Positions 9,901-19,385 of a stretch of DNA of 64,000 nt are shown here, piece by piece (within the stretch, counting starts at the first letter, position 1; every line of letters starts with the position of its first letter). The translations under genes and the position numbers were made by a program. The notes below the pieces were generated by a model. The model had not been told where the DNA came from, made no database searches, and worked only from the letters and a program-made list of their open reading frames with translations. The stretch lies in contig CAWCAG010000009.1 in the NCBI GenBank assembly GCA_963793425.1, positions 928,001 to 992,000 of the forward strand. Reading direction: 5' to 3'. This DNA is from an uncultured cyanobacterium. GTDB lineage: Bacteria; Cyanobacteriota; Cyanobacteriia; Cyanobacteriales; CAWCAG01.

Positions 9901-12293
9901 AAGCCGGTTATGAATTTGGGCAACTGGCTTTAGATTTGCTGACTAAATTAGATGGTAAAGAATTTCAAGCTAAAACTTTATTTTTAGTTAATGATTTAAT
10001 TAAACCTTGGCAAGATCATCTCCAAGAAACGCTCTCTCCTCTACTATTAGCCTATGGTAAGGCTTTAGAAACTGGAGAGTTAGAATTTAAAGCGAGGGCA
10101 GCTAACTCTTATTCCTATCATGCTTACTTCTGCGGTAAAAAATTAGGGGAATTAGAACCAGAAATTGCTGAATATCGTCATGAAGCTAAGGAATTGCGGC
10201 AAATAACCACTCACAATTTCTTGAGTATTTGGCAACAAACAATTTTAAATCTGCAAGGTAAAGCTACCAAGGTGTGTAGTTTGCAAGGGGAAGCTTACAA
10301 CGAAGAAGCGATGCTACCGTTGCATCAACAAGCTAATGATCGCACTGCTTTGTTCTTAGTTTATTTTAACAAGCTGGTTCTTTGTTATCTCTTTGAGGAA
10401 TATGCCCAAGCTTTAAGCTACAGTGCTTTAACAGCTAAGCATTTAGAGGGAGGATTAGCAACCATAACTGTGGTTATTTTCCACTTTTACGACTCCTTAG
10501 CTAAACTGGCGATTCCACCTAATCAGAAGCTTTTGGCACAGGTACAAGCTAACCAGAAAAAGCTTAAGAAATGGGCTAAATTCGCCCCTGCCAACCATTT
10601 GCATAAATATTATCTCGTGGAAGCAGAAAGGCAAAGAGTTTCAGGAAAAAACTACTCAGCAATGGAATATTATGACAAAGCGATTAAATTGGCACAGGAA
10701 AACGGCTATCTGCAAGAAGAAGCCCTAGCAAACGAACTGGCGGCCAAGTTTTACTTAGGTTGCGATCGCCTCACCAGTGCTGCTGCTTATTTACTCAATG
10801 CCCGTTACTGCTATCAACAATGGGGGGCAACAGCCAAAGTAGCAGCTTTAGATCAAGCATACCCTCAACTGCTTAGGGCAACGCAAATTAGCAGCCAAGA
10901 CTCTAATAGCGCCACGGTTACCACTAGCGATCGCACTTTAGGAACATCCTTAGATGTAGGGACAGTTATTAAAGCCTCTCAAGCTATTTCCCAAGAAATT
11001 GTCCTTGATCAACTCTTAGCTAACTTAATGGCTATTCTTTTGGAAAATGCCGGGGCGCAGAAAGGTTTCCTCCTTTTAGCAACTAAAGGCAAATTGAGCA
11101 TTGAAGCAGAAGGAACAGTAGAAAAAGAAGTTAAAGTTTTGTGTTCGCAGCCTCTAGAAAAATTGGATTTACAAGGGAATGCACCCTTGCCCCTTTCCAT
11201 CATTAATTATGTAACCCGTACTCAAGAAAGCTTGGTAGTCAAAGATTTAGCAGCAGCAATTGCTTATCTCAATGATCCTTACTTCCAAACCAACCAACCC
11301 CAATCGATCCTCTGCGCCCCTCTGCTCAATCAAGGTCAACTCAGTGGCATCATTTACCTAGAAAACAATCTTACCACAGGAGCCTTCACCGAAGACCGCT
11401 TAGAAATTCTCAACCTCCTTTCTTCCCAAGCTGCCATCTCCATAGAGAATGCCCGTTCCCACACAGAAATGGCTCGTCTTAATCAAGCCTTTTCTCGTTT
11501 TGTCCCCCGGCAATTCCTTCAGTTTCTGCAAAAAGAAACCATTGCCGATGTACAGTTAGGGGATCATGTCAAAAAGCAAATGTCGGTGTTGTTTTCTGAT
11601 ATTCGTTCCTTCACAACCCTTTCTGAATGTATGACACCGGAGGACAACTTCAAATTTATCAATGCTTTCCTTTCTCGCATGGAACCGGCGATTATTGAAA
11701 ACCAAGGCTTCATTGATAAATACATTGGCGATGCTATTATGGCACTTTTTGGTGGTAGTGCCGATGATGCTGTCAAAGCGGGGATTGTCATGTTACAAAG
11801 TTTAGCTATCTATAACCAGAAACGGCAAAAGTCAGGACGACAAAGCATTAAAATCGGCATCGGCATCAACACAGGTTCTTTAATGTTAGGGACTGTAGGA
11901 GGTAGAAACCGTATGGATAGTACTGTCATTAGCGATGCCGTTAACTTAGCTTCTCGCATCGAAAGCTTAACTAAAGATTACGGCGTATCCTTGTTAATTT
12001 CCCAGGAAACCTACTTACAATTACAAAAAGTAAACCAAGACACCATTCGCTTAGTAGGCAGAGTGAAAGTTAAAGGTAAATCTCAATTAGTCACGGTTTA
12101 TGAAGTCTTTGAAGCTGACGAACCAGCCCTAAAAGAAAGTAAGTTAATTACTAAAGGTGATTTTGAACAAGCCTGGTTACTTTACCAACAAAAATCATTT
12201 TCTGAAGCAACACAACTTTTCGCCCATTGTTTGCAACAAAATCCCCAAGACAAGTTAACTCAAATGTATTTAGAACATTGTCATCAGAAGTAA
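6993..12293 (+). CDS. Ser/Thr kinase - AAA ATPase - GAF - class III adenylate/guanylate cyclase multidomain protein
   Basis: HQDINPAN/DFG/YMSPEQ kinase; GYSGIGKS Walker A and FLDDLQW Walker B; GAF; FSDIRSFT, DKYIGDA and DAVNLASRIE cyclase motifs. Confidence 0.92.
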   Translation: MISLSGYEIIKLISESSSSLVYRAIQIKDSQPVVLKVLNQDYPTPEQLDRFKQEYAINCQLNFAGAVKVYGLEIYQRTLVIVFEDFGGESLKQFIANKPLMGAEFLKVAIQIAENLGKIHCRNIIHQDINPANIVIHPVTKQVKITDFGIASINKNSHLPPQEILGTWAYMSPEQTGRMNCSLDYRTDFYSLGATFYELLTQQPPFSNTDPLELVHCHIAKMPMALGSREQGAGSSKIPREIADIVIKLMAKNAEDRYQSAWGLQADLEECLQQLQTTGMITPFPLASQDVSDKFRIPSKLYGRQTEVTQLLAAFKRVATRQTPASPKGGTELFLVAGYSGIGKSALVKEIHRSLAAQGAYFVSGKFEQYQRNIPYLGIIRAFQELVQQLLRENETKLQSWREQIQTALGNLGKVIIEVIPEIELIIGQQPEIPQLRGMEAESRFNLVLQNFVRVFAQPKHPLVIFLDDLQWADSASLQLLQMLATTEVRRQSLAYPVSLLLIGAYREEEVRATHPLRLNAAEIVKAGATVNQIELKALNLLEVNELIADTLYCDADKTKPLAQLVLDKTGGNPFFVREFLQALHKQGLIFFLYTQSQQQQEPHWCWDLEQIKAQGFTNNVVELLAERIQQLPEQTQAGLQLAACIGNQFTLNILATIWQKSPSETVTLLGAAVEENLIVVLEREETVIQYEFVHDRIQQAAYSLIPKQQKQRLHLQIGRLLRSNYSEQELLFTIVNQLNLGRELITTAREKEELAQLNLLVAKKAQASAAYDSAYQYLEVGCKLLSQDCWQEQYSLALEIYTSAAEVAYLSSNLPAMERYIATVLQKGKTLLDKVPVYELKIEADIAQNHLLEAVNTSLTVLESLGIKLPQKPSKLNVLSGLINSKLILLGKKISELVDLPTMQDGKMLAAFRLLTTLGSAAYLTTPELTALVSCKSVALSVKYGNTALSPFTYAGYGVILCGVLGDIQAGYEFGQLALDLLTKLDGKEFQAKTLFLVNDLIKPWQDHLQETLSPLLLAYGKALETGELEFKARAANSYSYHAYFCGKKLGELEPEIAEYRHEAKELRQITTHNFLSIWQQTILNLQGKATKVCSLQGEAYNEEAMLPLHQQANDRTALFLVYFNKLVLCYLFEEYAQALSYSALTAKHLEGGLATITVVIFHFYDSLAKLAIPPNQKLLAQVQANQKKLKKWAKFAPANHLHKYYLVEAERQRVSGKNYSAMEYYDKAIKLAQENGYLQEEALANELAAKFYLGCDRLTSAAAYLLNARYCYQQWGATAKVAALDQAYPQLLRATQISSQDSNSATVTTSDRTLGTSLDVGTVIKASQAISQEIVLDQLLANLMAILLENAGAQKGFLLLATKGKLSIEAEGTVEKEVKVLCSQPLEKLDLQGNAPLPLSIINYVTRTQESLVVKDLAAAIAYLNDPYFQTNQPQSILCAPLLNQGQLSGIIYLENNLTTGAFTEDRLEILNLLSSQAAISIENARSHTEMARLNQAFSRFVPRQFLQFLQKETIADVQLGDHVKKQMSVLFSDIRSFTTLSECMTPEDNFKFINAFLSRMEPAIIENQGFIDKYIGDAIMALFGGSADDAVKAGIVMLQSLAIYNQKRQKSGRQSIKIGIGINTGSLMLGTVGGRNRMDSTVISDAVNLASRIESLTKDYGVSLLISQETYLQLQKVNQDTIRLVGRVKVKGKSQLVTVYEVFEADEPALKESKLITKGDFEQAWLLYQQKSFSEATQLFAHCLQQNPQDKLTQMYLEHCHQK
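7669..7696 (+). repeat. Heptamer STRR (T/C)AGGGAG x4 inside a CDS
   Basis: TAGGGAG TAGGGAG CAGGGAG CAGGGAG, translated as LGSREQGAGS. Confidence 0.8.
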
Positions 12294-12317
12294 GATCAAC
12301 CGAATAAAATTCTCAAA

Positions 12318-12349
12318 CCCTACTCCCTACTCCCTACTCCCTGCTCCCC
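12318..12349. repeat. Heptamer STRR (CCCTACT)n
   Basis: Tandem heptamers between convergent genes. Confidence 0.8.
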
Positions 12350-12394
12350 ACCCTAACAGATAAATCATGCCACTCAACAGGTTCGGTAAAATAA

Positions 12395-12901
12395 TCAATG
12401 ATTAAACCATGCTGTCAAAGCGATCGCTAAAGCATCTGCTGCATCATCAGGCTTAGGTAGATAGTCCAATTCCAATTCTCTGGCTACTGCTTCTTGAACT
12501 TCTTTTTTTTTTGCATTGCCATACCCCGTTAATGCCTGTTTAATTTGGGCTGGGGTAAACTCTACATAGGGAAGATTGTGCTGTGCCACAACTAACATCA
12601 CAACCCCCCTAGCTTGGGCAACATTAATAGTGCTACTCATGCGGTAGAAGAATAACTTTTCTATAGCTACCAAATCCGGATGTAGGTCTTGTAGCAATGT
12701 ATTGAGATCATTGTAGATAATAGAGAGCCTATCTCCCATGGGAGTTTTGGCTTTAGTTTCAATAATGCCAAAATCAAGTAACTTAATAGTTTCAGGAATA
12801 TAATTACCAATTGTTGCTGGAGTTTCTACTATTGGACAGCTAATCGTACCAAAGCCAACAGTCGCTATACCAGGATCAATGCCTAAAATTTGCTTTTCCA
12901 T
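12395..12901 (-). CDS. ruvC: Holliday junction resolvase RuvC
   Basis: ILGIDPG, AIEKLF, QARG, GYGNAKK and DDAADALA. Confidence 0.96.
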   Translation of the reverse strand: MEKQILGIDPGIATVGFGTISCPIVETPATIGNYIPETIKLLDFGIIETKAKTPMGDRLSIIYNDLNTLLQDLHPDLVAIEKLFFYRMSSTINVAQARGVVMLVVAQHNLPYVEFTPAQIKQALTGYGNAKKKEVQEAVARELELDYLPKPDDAADALAIALTAWFNH

Positions 12902-13152
12902 TAAATACGTGTTTGATAGTTGTTTTGTTTTCGGTTAAATATTTTTCTTGATTGCAAGTTAAGTTATCTTGGTTACACCCTAAATTATGGGAAAACTGTA
13001 TGTTCAATAACAATTGTGTGCTAATTTCTCGCATTTATGGCAACCTTAATTCTATTAACTTCCCTATCTTCATGTTTTAAGCTTCAACTCTTTCTTGGCT
13101 TTTGCTTCTAAAAGTCAAGCAATCCCTTTTACTTATTGTTCAGTCAATTACT

Positions 13153-14543
13153 ATGTTAGTCAGCCCACTCAAACAAGCTTTACGTACCATCAAGCCTCAA
13201 ATACGCAACCTGGCAGATGTACAGCGTCGAACTTCTCCTCGTGTGAATCGCTGGTTTAAGTGGCTAGCACCAGGATTATTAGTAAAACGTTGGTTATTAG
13301 TTAGTGCCACAGGGGTTTTACTGACGAGTTTGGGGTTAGCTATTTGGATTAAGCTCACCCCCATTTATTATTTAATTGATTTAACTTCTAGAGGTCTAGA
13401 AGCTCTGGCTCAAGTAATGCCTAGCTATATTTCAGGACCTTTAGCTATCCTATCAGGTTTATTCTTGATCTTTTGGGGACAAACCCGAACTATGGGTTCT
13501 ATCACCAAAGTCCTCAAACCAGAAAGTAATGAAGAGTTAATTGATGTTTTGATGGCTCATCGCCGTTTGAAGCGGGGGGCTAAAATTGTTACGGTTGGGG
13601 GCGGTACGGGGCTTTCTACTTTGTTAAGGGGTTTGAAGGAATACAGTGCTAATATCACAGCTATTGTGACTGTAGCTGATGATGGCGGCTCTTCTGGAAG
13701 GCTACGCCGGGAGATCGGAGTCTTGCCCCCAGGAGATATTCGTAACTGTGTCGCTGCCCTGGCTGATGAAGAAAAACTCTTAACAGAACTTTTTCAATAT
13801 CGTTTCCAAGCCGGAGATGGTTTAACAGGTCATAGTTTTGGTAACTTATTCCTAACGGCCATGAGTGAGATTGCTGGGGATTTGGAACAGGCGATCGCCG
13901 CTAGTTCTAAAGTTTTGGCCGTTAAGGGTCGGGTTTTACCTGCTACTTTAAGTGATGTGAGGTTGTGGGCGCAATTAGATGATGGCAGAGTAATCGAAGG
14001 GGAATCAAATATTACTGAAGCTGGGGGACATATTTGTAAGATTGGCTGCCTGCGGCAGCTCCTCCTGCCCTTCCTGCGGCAATTAAAGCTATTGAGGAAG
14101 CAGAATGTATTATCATGGGTCCTGGTAGTCTTTATACCAGCGTTATCCCTAACCTCTTAGTGCCAGAAATTCGTAGCGCGATCGCCAAAAGTAAAGCCCC
14201 TCGCATCTACGTTTGCAACATCATGACCCAACCAGGAGAAACGGAAGGTTATAGCGTTGCTGACCATATTCGGGCTATTGATGAAATTTGTGGTCAACGT
14301 TTGTTTGATGCGGTTGTGGTACACCGTAAGTCCCCTTCAGCCCATACTTTAATCAGGTATGCACAACAAAACTCCCATCCTGTATTTCTTGATCGTCAAG
14401 AGGTCAGTCAATTAGGTCGTCGCATCGTTTCTGGAAATATTATGGATGAAGATGAAGAAACAGGCTATGTACGCCACGATTCCCACAGATTAGCTAAGGT
14501 TTTATTACGTTGGTATGGGGCTACTCATGGGTTTAAGTTTTAG
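13153..14543 (+). CDS. yvcK: Gluconeogenesis factor YvcK/CofD-like protein, split by a 1-bp frameshift near 14053
   Basis: [20 protein letters not shown] and GHSFGNL in the first [16 protein letters not shown] and RHD in the second. Adding one C restores [20 protein letters not shown]. Confidence 0.88.
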
Positions 14544-14591
14544 AAGTATTTGATAATTCCCCAATCTTGATCAGGTTAAAAACCATTAGCC

Positions 14592-15566
14592 ATGCCCCTT
14601 AAATTCCTACTGCTAATTTGTACCACTTGCTATCAAATAGTTAGCTGCTTGCTTGAAGATAGCAAACCATTCCCTGGAAAACGTATTGATGTGGGAGGAT
14701 ATTGTTTGCATTTGGTTGTTGCTGGAGAAGCCAAAGCAAGCAAACCTACCATCATTTTAGATCATAGTTTAGGAGGGGTCGAAGGCTATCTCTTGCAAGA
14801 AAAGTTGGCGCAGTTAGGACAAGTTTGTATTTATGATCGCTCTGGCTATGGCTGGAGTGATTCTAGCTCAGAACCGAGAACTAGCGATCGCATTGTTACA
14901 GAATTAGATACACTACTAACGAAGGCTGAAATTTCACCGCCCTATATTTTGATAGGAAACTCTTTTGGTAGCTACAATGTCAGGCTTTACGCTCAGAGAT
15001 TTCCTCACAAGGTGGTAGGAATGGTACTTACCGATGGACTCCATGAAACAGCAATGTTGAAGATGCCTTTTGCTTTACGAGGGTTGCAGTACTTTTTTAT
15101 CTCCGGTTTTCTGATGTCTATTTTGGGTTCCTGTTTAGGTATTGTTCGGTTTTTAAAAACTGTTCGGGTCTTTGAGTTCCTAAAACCGGAGTTACGGCAG
15201 TTTACCGCAGCAGAGTTAGAGGCGGCGAAGCGTTCTTTTTGTCGCCCAAAGCATTGGTTAACCATGAGTCGAGAACTTTTTAACTTGCAAACAAGTGGTC
15301 ATCAGGTTAAAGTTGCTCAACAGTTCGGAGATTTACCGATAGTTAACATTAAAGCCAATTCCTTTTTTAAACCATCACTTTGGACAAAATTTATTCCTTT
15401 AGGTAGTGCCAATCAATTAAGAGAACGAATGCACACAGAATTACTGACGCTTTCCAGGGCATCTCAACAACTTCAAGCTAATAAAAGCAGTCATTTTGTT
15501 TGGATAGATGAACCTAATCTGCTTGTTGAGGGGGTAAAGATGATTATGGATAAGCTTCCTATATAA
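14592..15566 (+). CDS. Alpha/beta-fold hydrolase
   Basis: YDRSGYGWSD, GNSFG nucleophile elbow, C-terminal SSH. Confidence 0.85.
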   Translation: MPLKFLLLICTTCYQIVSCLLEDSKPFPGKRIDVGGYCLHLVVAGEAKASKPTIILDHSLGGVEGYLLQEKLAQLGQVCIYDRSGYGWSDSSSEPRTSDRIVTELDTLLTKAEISPPYILIGNSFGSYNVRLYAQRFPHKVVGMVLTDGLHETAMLKMPFALRGLQYFFISGFLMSILGSCLGIVRFLKTVRVFEFLKPELRQFTAAELEAAKRSFCRPKHWLTMSRELFNLQTSGHQVKVAQQFGDLPIVNIKANSFFKPSLWTKFIPLGSANQLRERMHTELLTLSRASQQLQANKSSHFVWIDEPNLLVEGVKMIMDKLPI

Positions 15567-15638
15567 TTATAAGTAATATTAACTATGCTTTACAGAAAAT
15601 TAATTGTATAGTAACTCTGTAGAGTAGCCCTAAAAAAT

Positions 15639-16295
15639 ATGCCTCTGTTGATATTAGTCGCTGATGACAATCCCGGTGTTTTGTTGGCTGTTAGTGATTA
15701 TCTGGAACTATCAGGCTACTCAGTTATTGCAGCTCGTGACGGACAAGAGGCCCTGGAGCGGCTAGAAACCTATCATCCCCACTTAATGGTAGCTGACATT
15801 AGAATGCCCCGTAAAAACGGTTATGAACTAGTTAAGCAAGTGCGCCAGCGCCCACAATTCCGCTTAATGCCAGTAATATTTCTCACCGAGCGTAACAGCA
15901 CTGAAGAGCGTATTCTCGGCTATCAAGTTGGGTGTGATGTCTATTTACCTAAACCCTTTGAAATGGTGGAATTAGGAGCAGTTATTCGTAACTTATTAGA
16001 GCGATCGCAGATTGTCCAGTCAGAGTTACGTTTTTCGACCCAAAATTCCTCAACTAAAACCTCACAATTCCCAAAATCTTTTCCTCCCCTACCGGAATCT
16101 TTCCATCTCACTGAACGCGAACAACAAGTCCTTAATTTATTAGCAACAGGACTTTCTAACATTGAAATTGGTCAAAAGCTGTACTTAAGTCATCGTACTA
16201 TCGAAAAGTACGTTAGCAGTTTGCTGAGAAAGACAAATACTAGCAATCGCGCTGAATTAGTACGTTTTGCCTTAGATCGTAATCTGGTTGAATAA
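15639..16295 (+). CDS. NarL/LuxR-family response regulator
   Basis: REC domain (ADD, DIRMP, KPF) plus LTEREQQVL..SNIEIG LuxR HTH. Confidence 0.93.
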   Translation: MPLLILVADDNPGVLLAVSDYLELSGYSVIAARDGQEALERLETYHPHLMVADIRMPRKNGYELVKQVRQRPQFRLMPVIFLTERNSTEERILGYQVGCDVYLPKPFEMVELGAVIRNLLERSQIVQSELRFSTQNSSTKTSQFPKSFPPLPESFHLTEREQQVLNLLATGLSNIEIGQKLYLSHRTIEKYVSSLLRKTNTSNRAELVRFALDRNLVE

Positions 16296-16366
16296 CCAAA
16301 AATTAGCAATTAGCTGATTAGTTTTTAACTTAACCCCTGAAAATGTTATCCTATATTAAGTTAAAT

Positions 16367-16438
16367 GCTGGTGTAGCTCAGTGGTAGAGCAGCTGATTTG
16401 TAATCAGCCGGTCGCAAGTTCAAATCTTGTCACCAGCT
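16367..16438 (+). tRNA. trnT: tRNA-Thr(UGU)
   Basis: Acceptor GCTGGTG/CACCAGC, D arm TAGCTCAGTGGTAGAGC, anticodon arm GCTGA-TTTGTAA-TCAGC, T loop GTTCAAAT; CCA not encoded. Confidence 0.96.
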
Positions 16439-16459
16439 TGTTCTTTAGAAATTGGAAAG

Positions 16460-16864
16460 ATGAAAAAACGAGTGACTCTCACCTTTCCCCAAAGAACAGT
16501 ACAGATGCCAGTCACCTATCGCTTGGCTAAAGATTTTAATGTAGCAGCTAACATTATTCGAGCGCAGGTAGCCCCTAACCAAGTAGGAAAATTAGTAGTA
16601 GAACTTTTGGGGGATATAGATGAATTGGATGCTTGTATTGAATGGATGCAAGGACAAAATATCGGTGTTTCCTTAGCTAGCCGAGAAATTTTAATCGACG
16701 AAGAAAGTTGTGTAGACTGTGGTTTATGTACCGGAGTTTGTCCTACCCAAGCCCTTACCCTTCATCCTCAAACCTTTGAATTGAATTTTCAGCGCTCACG
16801 TTGTATTGTTTGTGAACAATGTATTCCTACCTGTCCGGTACAAGCAATTTCGACAAACTTGTAA
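16460..16864 (+). CDS. NIL-domain 2[4Fe-4S] ferredoxin
   Basis: NIL domain followed by two CxxCxxCxxxCP motifs; start at ATG 16460 after the tRNA. Confidence 0.9.
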   Translation: MKKRVTLTFPQRTVQMPVTYRLAKDFNVAANIIRAQVAPNQVGKLVVELLGDIDELDACIEWMQGQNIGVSLASREILIDEESCVDCGLCTGVCPTQALTLHPQTFELNFQRSRCIVCEQCIPTCPVQAISTNL

Positions 16865-16884
16865 TAGTCAAGATAAGGTATCTA

Positions 16885-17355
16885 CTAACTAAGTCGTAAA
16901 TTACACTCTAAAATCAACTTTTTGTTTTCCACAGAATAAGGCATAATTTCCAAAGCTTTCTCAAATGCTTCAATAGCATAGCGATAATTACCCAAGGCAG
17001 CTTGACACAACCCTAAACCATGCCATGCCCCAAAATGAATAGGATTGAGTTGCACAACTTGCAGACATTTCTCTCGCGACTTCTCATATTCCCCTTGCAT
17101 ATAGTATAGAACCCCTAAGCGATTCCAAGCCTCAGCAAAATCTGGCTGATTTTGAATAGTCGTACTCAACAACTCTTCAGCCTGAGTAACTTTTCCTGCT
17201 TCCAATAAAATTTGTGAACGCCTCAGTATCTCTAAACCAAACTCACCTTTTTGTTCAAACCATCTACGCCAAAGCTGATCGGTAGCAGAAGCCCGGATTT
17301 GCTCGTCAGGATCTTTGAGATTTTCTAGTAACTGGATAACTGATGATTTTTCCAT
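16885..17355 (-). CDS. TPR repeat protein
   Basis: PDFAEAWNRLG and PIHFGAWHGLG TPR motifs. Confidence 0.85.
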   Translation of the reverse strand: MEKSSVIQLLENLKDPDEQIRASATDQLWRRWFEQKGEFGLEILRRSQILLEAGKVTQAEELLSTTIQNQPDFAEAWNRLGVLYYMQGEYEKSREKCLQVVQLNPIHFGAWHGLGLCQAALGNYRYAIEAFEKALEIMPYSVENKKLILECNLRLS

Positions 17356-17479
17356 TTTAAGCGAATGTTTTTTGGTGTACTAGTTCAATCTCTTACCAAC
17401 TTAAGCTTTCCCCTGGGTAAGTGGCAAGGAAACACTGGCTCACATTAAACATTAAACATTGAACATTTATCAATATCTT

Positions 17480-19201
17480 TTAAATGCCGTGACTTTTGCC
17501 AATTACCCAATGACGGCGAAAAAATCTGGCTAAAGAACTTTCTTCTAAAGATAAATAAATTGGTCTACCATGGGGACAAGTACGGGGATTGTGGGTATTT
17601 TTCCAGCTATCTAAAAGTTGTTGCATTTCCTTTAAATTTAAGGGAGTACCGTTACGAATTGCACTACGACAAGCCGTAGCAACTTGGGCTTCTTGTAAAC
17701 TTCCACCTTGGCTAAGTTCTAAAAGAGCAGCAGTACAATCTTCCCTTTTTTCTAACATGGCAGGAATATTGCGAATTGCCCATAAGTCTTCGCCAAATGG
17801 CTCTACATCTAAACCTAAATCTTCCAATTGGCTTAACTGTACTTGCTTTAATTGAGACAGAATAACAGGCTTTTGTAAAGGTACTAACCGCCAGTCAGTT
17901 AATAATTGTTCGTATAAAACTCGTTCGTGGGCAATATGCTGTTCAATTAACCACAAACCCGTAGAATGTTCAGCAATAATATAGGTTTTGTTAATTTGTC
18001 CTACGGCTTTTAAGGCCATAAAATTGATTTCATTCTTACTAGTTTCTTCCTGCTTGGGGAGGATTTTTTTTTCTGCATGATAATCAGCTTTTTCTTCAGA
18101 AGCTTTAAGCAACTGGCTGATTTTTTGATTATATTTCCCGCTAGGAAATTGAGCATTACTTAAAGAAAAAGCTCGCTCAATGCCTTGACTAACTTGCTGT
18201 CGCCAAAAATCAAGATTATGTAAATAAACTTCCGTTTTAGCCGGGTGACGATTCCAATCAATTTGACTAGGACAAACTTGTAAGTGAATTAAGCAAACAG
18301 GATAGCGATCGCGGGGTAAAGTACGAGCAAAAGCCCCCAAAATCGTTTGTTCCAATTCTGGCGATCGCACAAAGCGACCATTAATTGCTACTCTAACCCA
18401 GTCAGAGCGCCTGCGATGACAGCGATCTGGTAAACCAACTAGTAATTTGAGTTGGGCAGGAAAATCCGTTGCTTTCTGCTTCCCTGTCCCTAATTCTTCC
18501 GGTAACTCCACCGCCAAACTTAACTGTTGTAAATCACTTTGTTGTACTTGCCGAAGTATCTGGGGCAAAATTTGCTGAGCCGTTTCTCCCGGACTTATAC
18601 TGAACCAAGGACGTTGATTTTGCCATGCTTGCCAAGTAACTTGGGGATGGCAGAGGGCAATTTGTTGCACAATCTCTTGAACACTTCTCAATTGCTGAGC
18701 CATTCCTGGTAAACCTTGGCGACGTACAGGGACAGTGCCAAACAAATTGAAGATGGTGACAATAGTGCCAGGGGCGATCGCAGCTACATTCTCCTCTGTC
18801 GGTTTTCCTTGTTGACTATATTGAATTCGCCAACCAACCCCCTCTTCTTCCATCGCCGGACGACTAAGAATTTCTAACTCAGAAAGTTGAGCTAAACTGT
18901 GTAAAGCTTCGCCACGAAATCCTAAACTCGTAATTTTCCACAGATCGTTGCTGTTGTGAATTTTGCTGGTGCTGTGGGGCAAGGCACACAATCTTAAATT
19001 GCTTAAATCCATACCTGCCCCATCATCGGCAACCTGTACCCGCCACAAATCCGGTTCCAAAGAAAGTACTATCCTCGTAGCTTGGGCATCCAGGGCATTT
19101 TCAACTAATTCCCTCACCACCGCAGCCATTGAATCAACAACCTCACCCGCCGCAATGAGATTAATAACTTCAGTTGGTAAAGGTTGAATTTGCTCTGTCA
19201 T
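17480..19201 (-). CDS. mutL: DNA mismatch repair endonuclease MutL
   Basis: IAAGEVV, ELVENALDA, LGFRGEAL, EQHIAHER, ACR and CPHGRP. Confidence 0.97.
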   Translation of the reverse strand: MTEQIQPLPTEVINLIAAGEVVDSMAAVVRELVENALDAQATRIVLSLEPDLWRVQVADDGAGMDLSNLRLCALPHSTSKIHNSNDLWKITSLGFRGEALHSLAQLSELEILSRPAMEEEGVGWRIQYSQQGKPTEENVAAIAPGTIVTIFNLFGTVPVRRQGLPGMAQQLRSVQEIVQQIALCHPQVTWQAWQNQRPWFSISPGETAQQILPQILRQVQQSDLQQLSLAVELPEELGTGKQKATDFPAQLKLLVGLPDRCHRRRSDWVRVAINGRFVRSPELEQTILGAFARTLPRDRYPVCLIHLQVCPSQIDWNRHPAKTEVYLHNLDFWRQQVSQGIERAFSLSNAQFPSGKYNQKISQLLKASEEKADYHAEKKILPKQEETSKNEINFMALKAVGQINKTYIIAEHSTGLWLIEQHIAHERVLYEQLLTDWRLVPLQKPVILSQLKQVQLSQLEDLGLDVEPFGEDLWAIRNIPAMLEKREDCTAALLELSQGGSLQEAQVATACRSAIRNGTPLNLKEMQQLLDSWKNTHNPRTCPHGRPIYLSLEESSLARFFRRHWVIGKSHGI

Positions 19202-19385
19202 ATTTTTATACTAAATCGGTGTTGGGTAGCATGACTTAATCTGTATAGGGGGGGAAGCATAGTAATTTGGTAACAAGTGAAGGGATTAACATTAGCTTTT
19301 TGGGGAGTAAGAGGTTTTTCTTCCCCCGCAATCCTCATCCTAAGATAGGATTATTTTAAGGATAAGCTGGAAAACTTAGAGGGCA

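Noticed and set aside
14040..14160. Programmed frameshifting in yvcK
   Set aside because: No slippery sequence; similar single-base indels elsewhere point to sequencing error.
16367..16438. tRNA-Thr as an island attachment site
   Set aside because: I saw no duplicated tRNA 3' end and no integrase.
16427..16459. ORF-track start of the ferredoxin
   Set aside because: Overlaps the tRNA 3' end; ATG at 16460 is more plausible.
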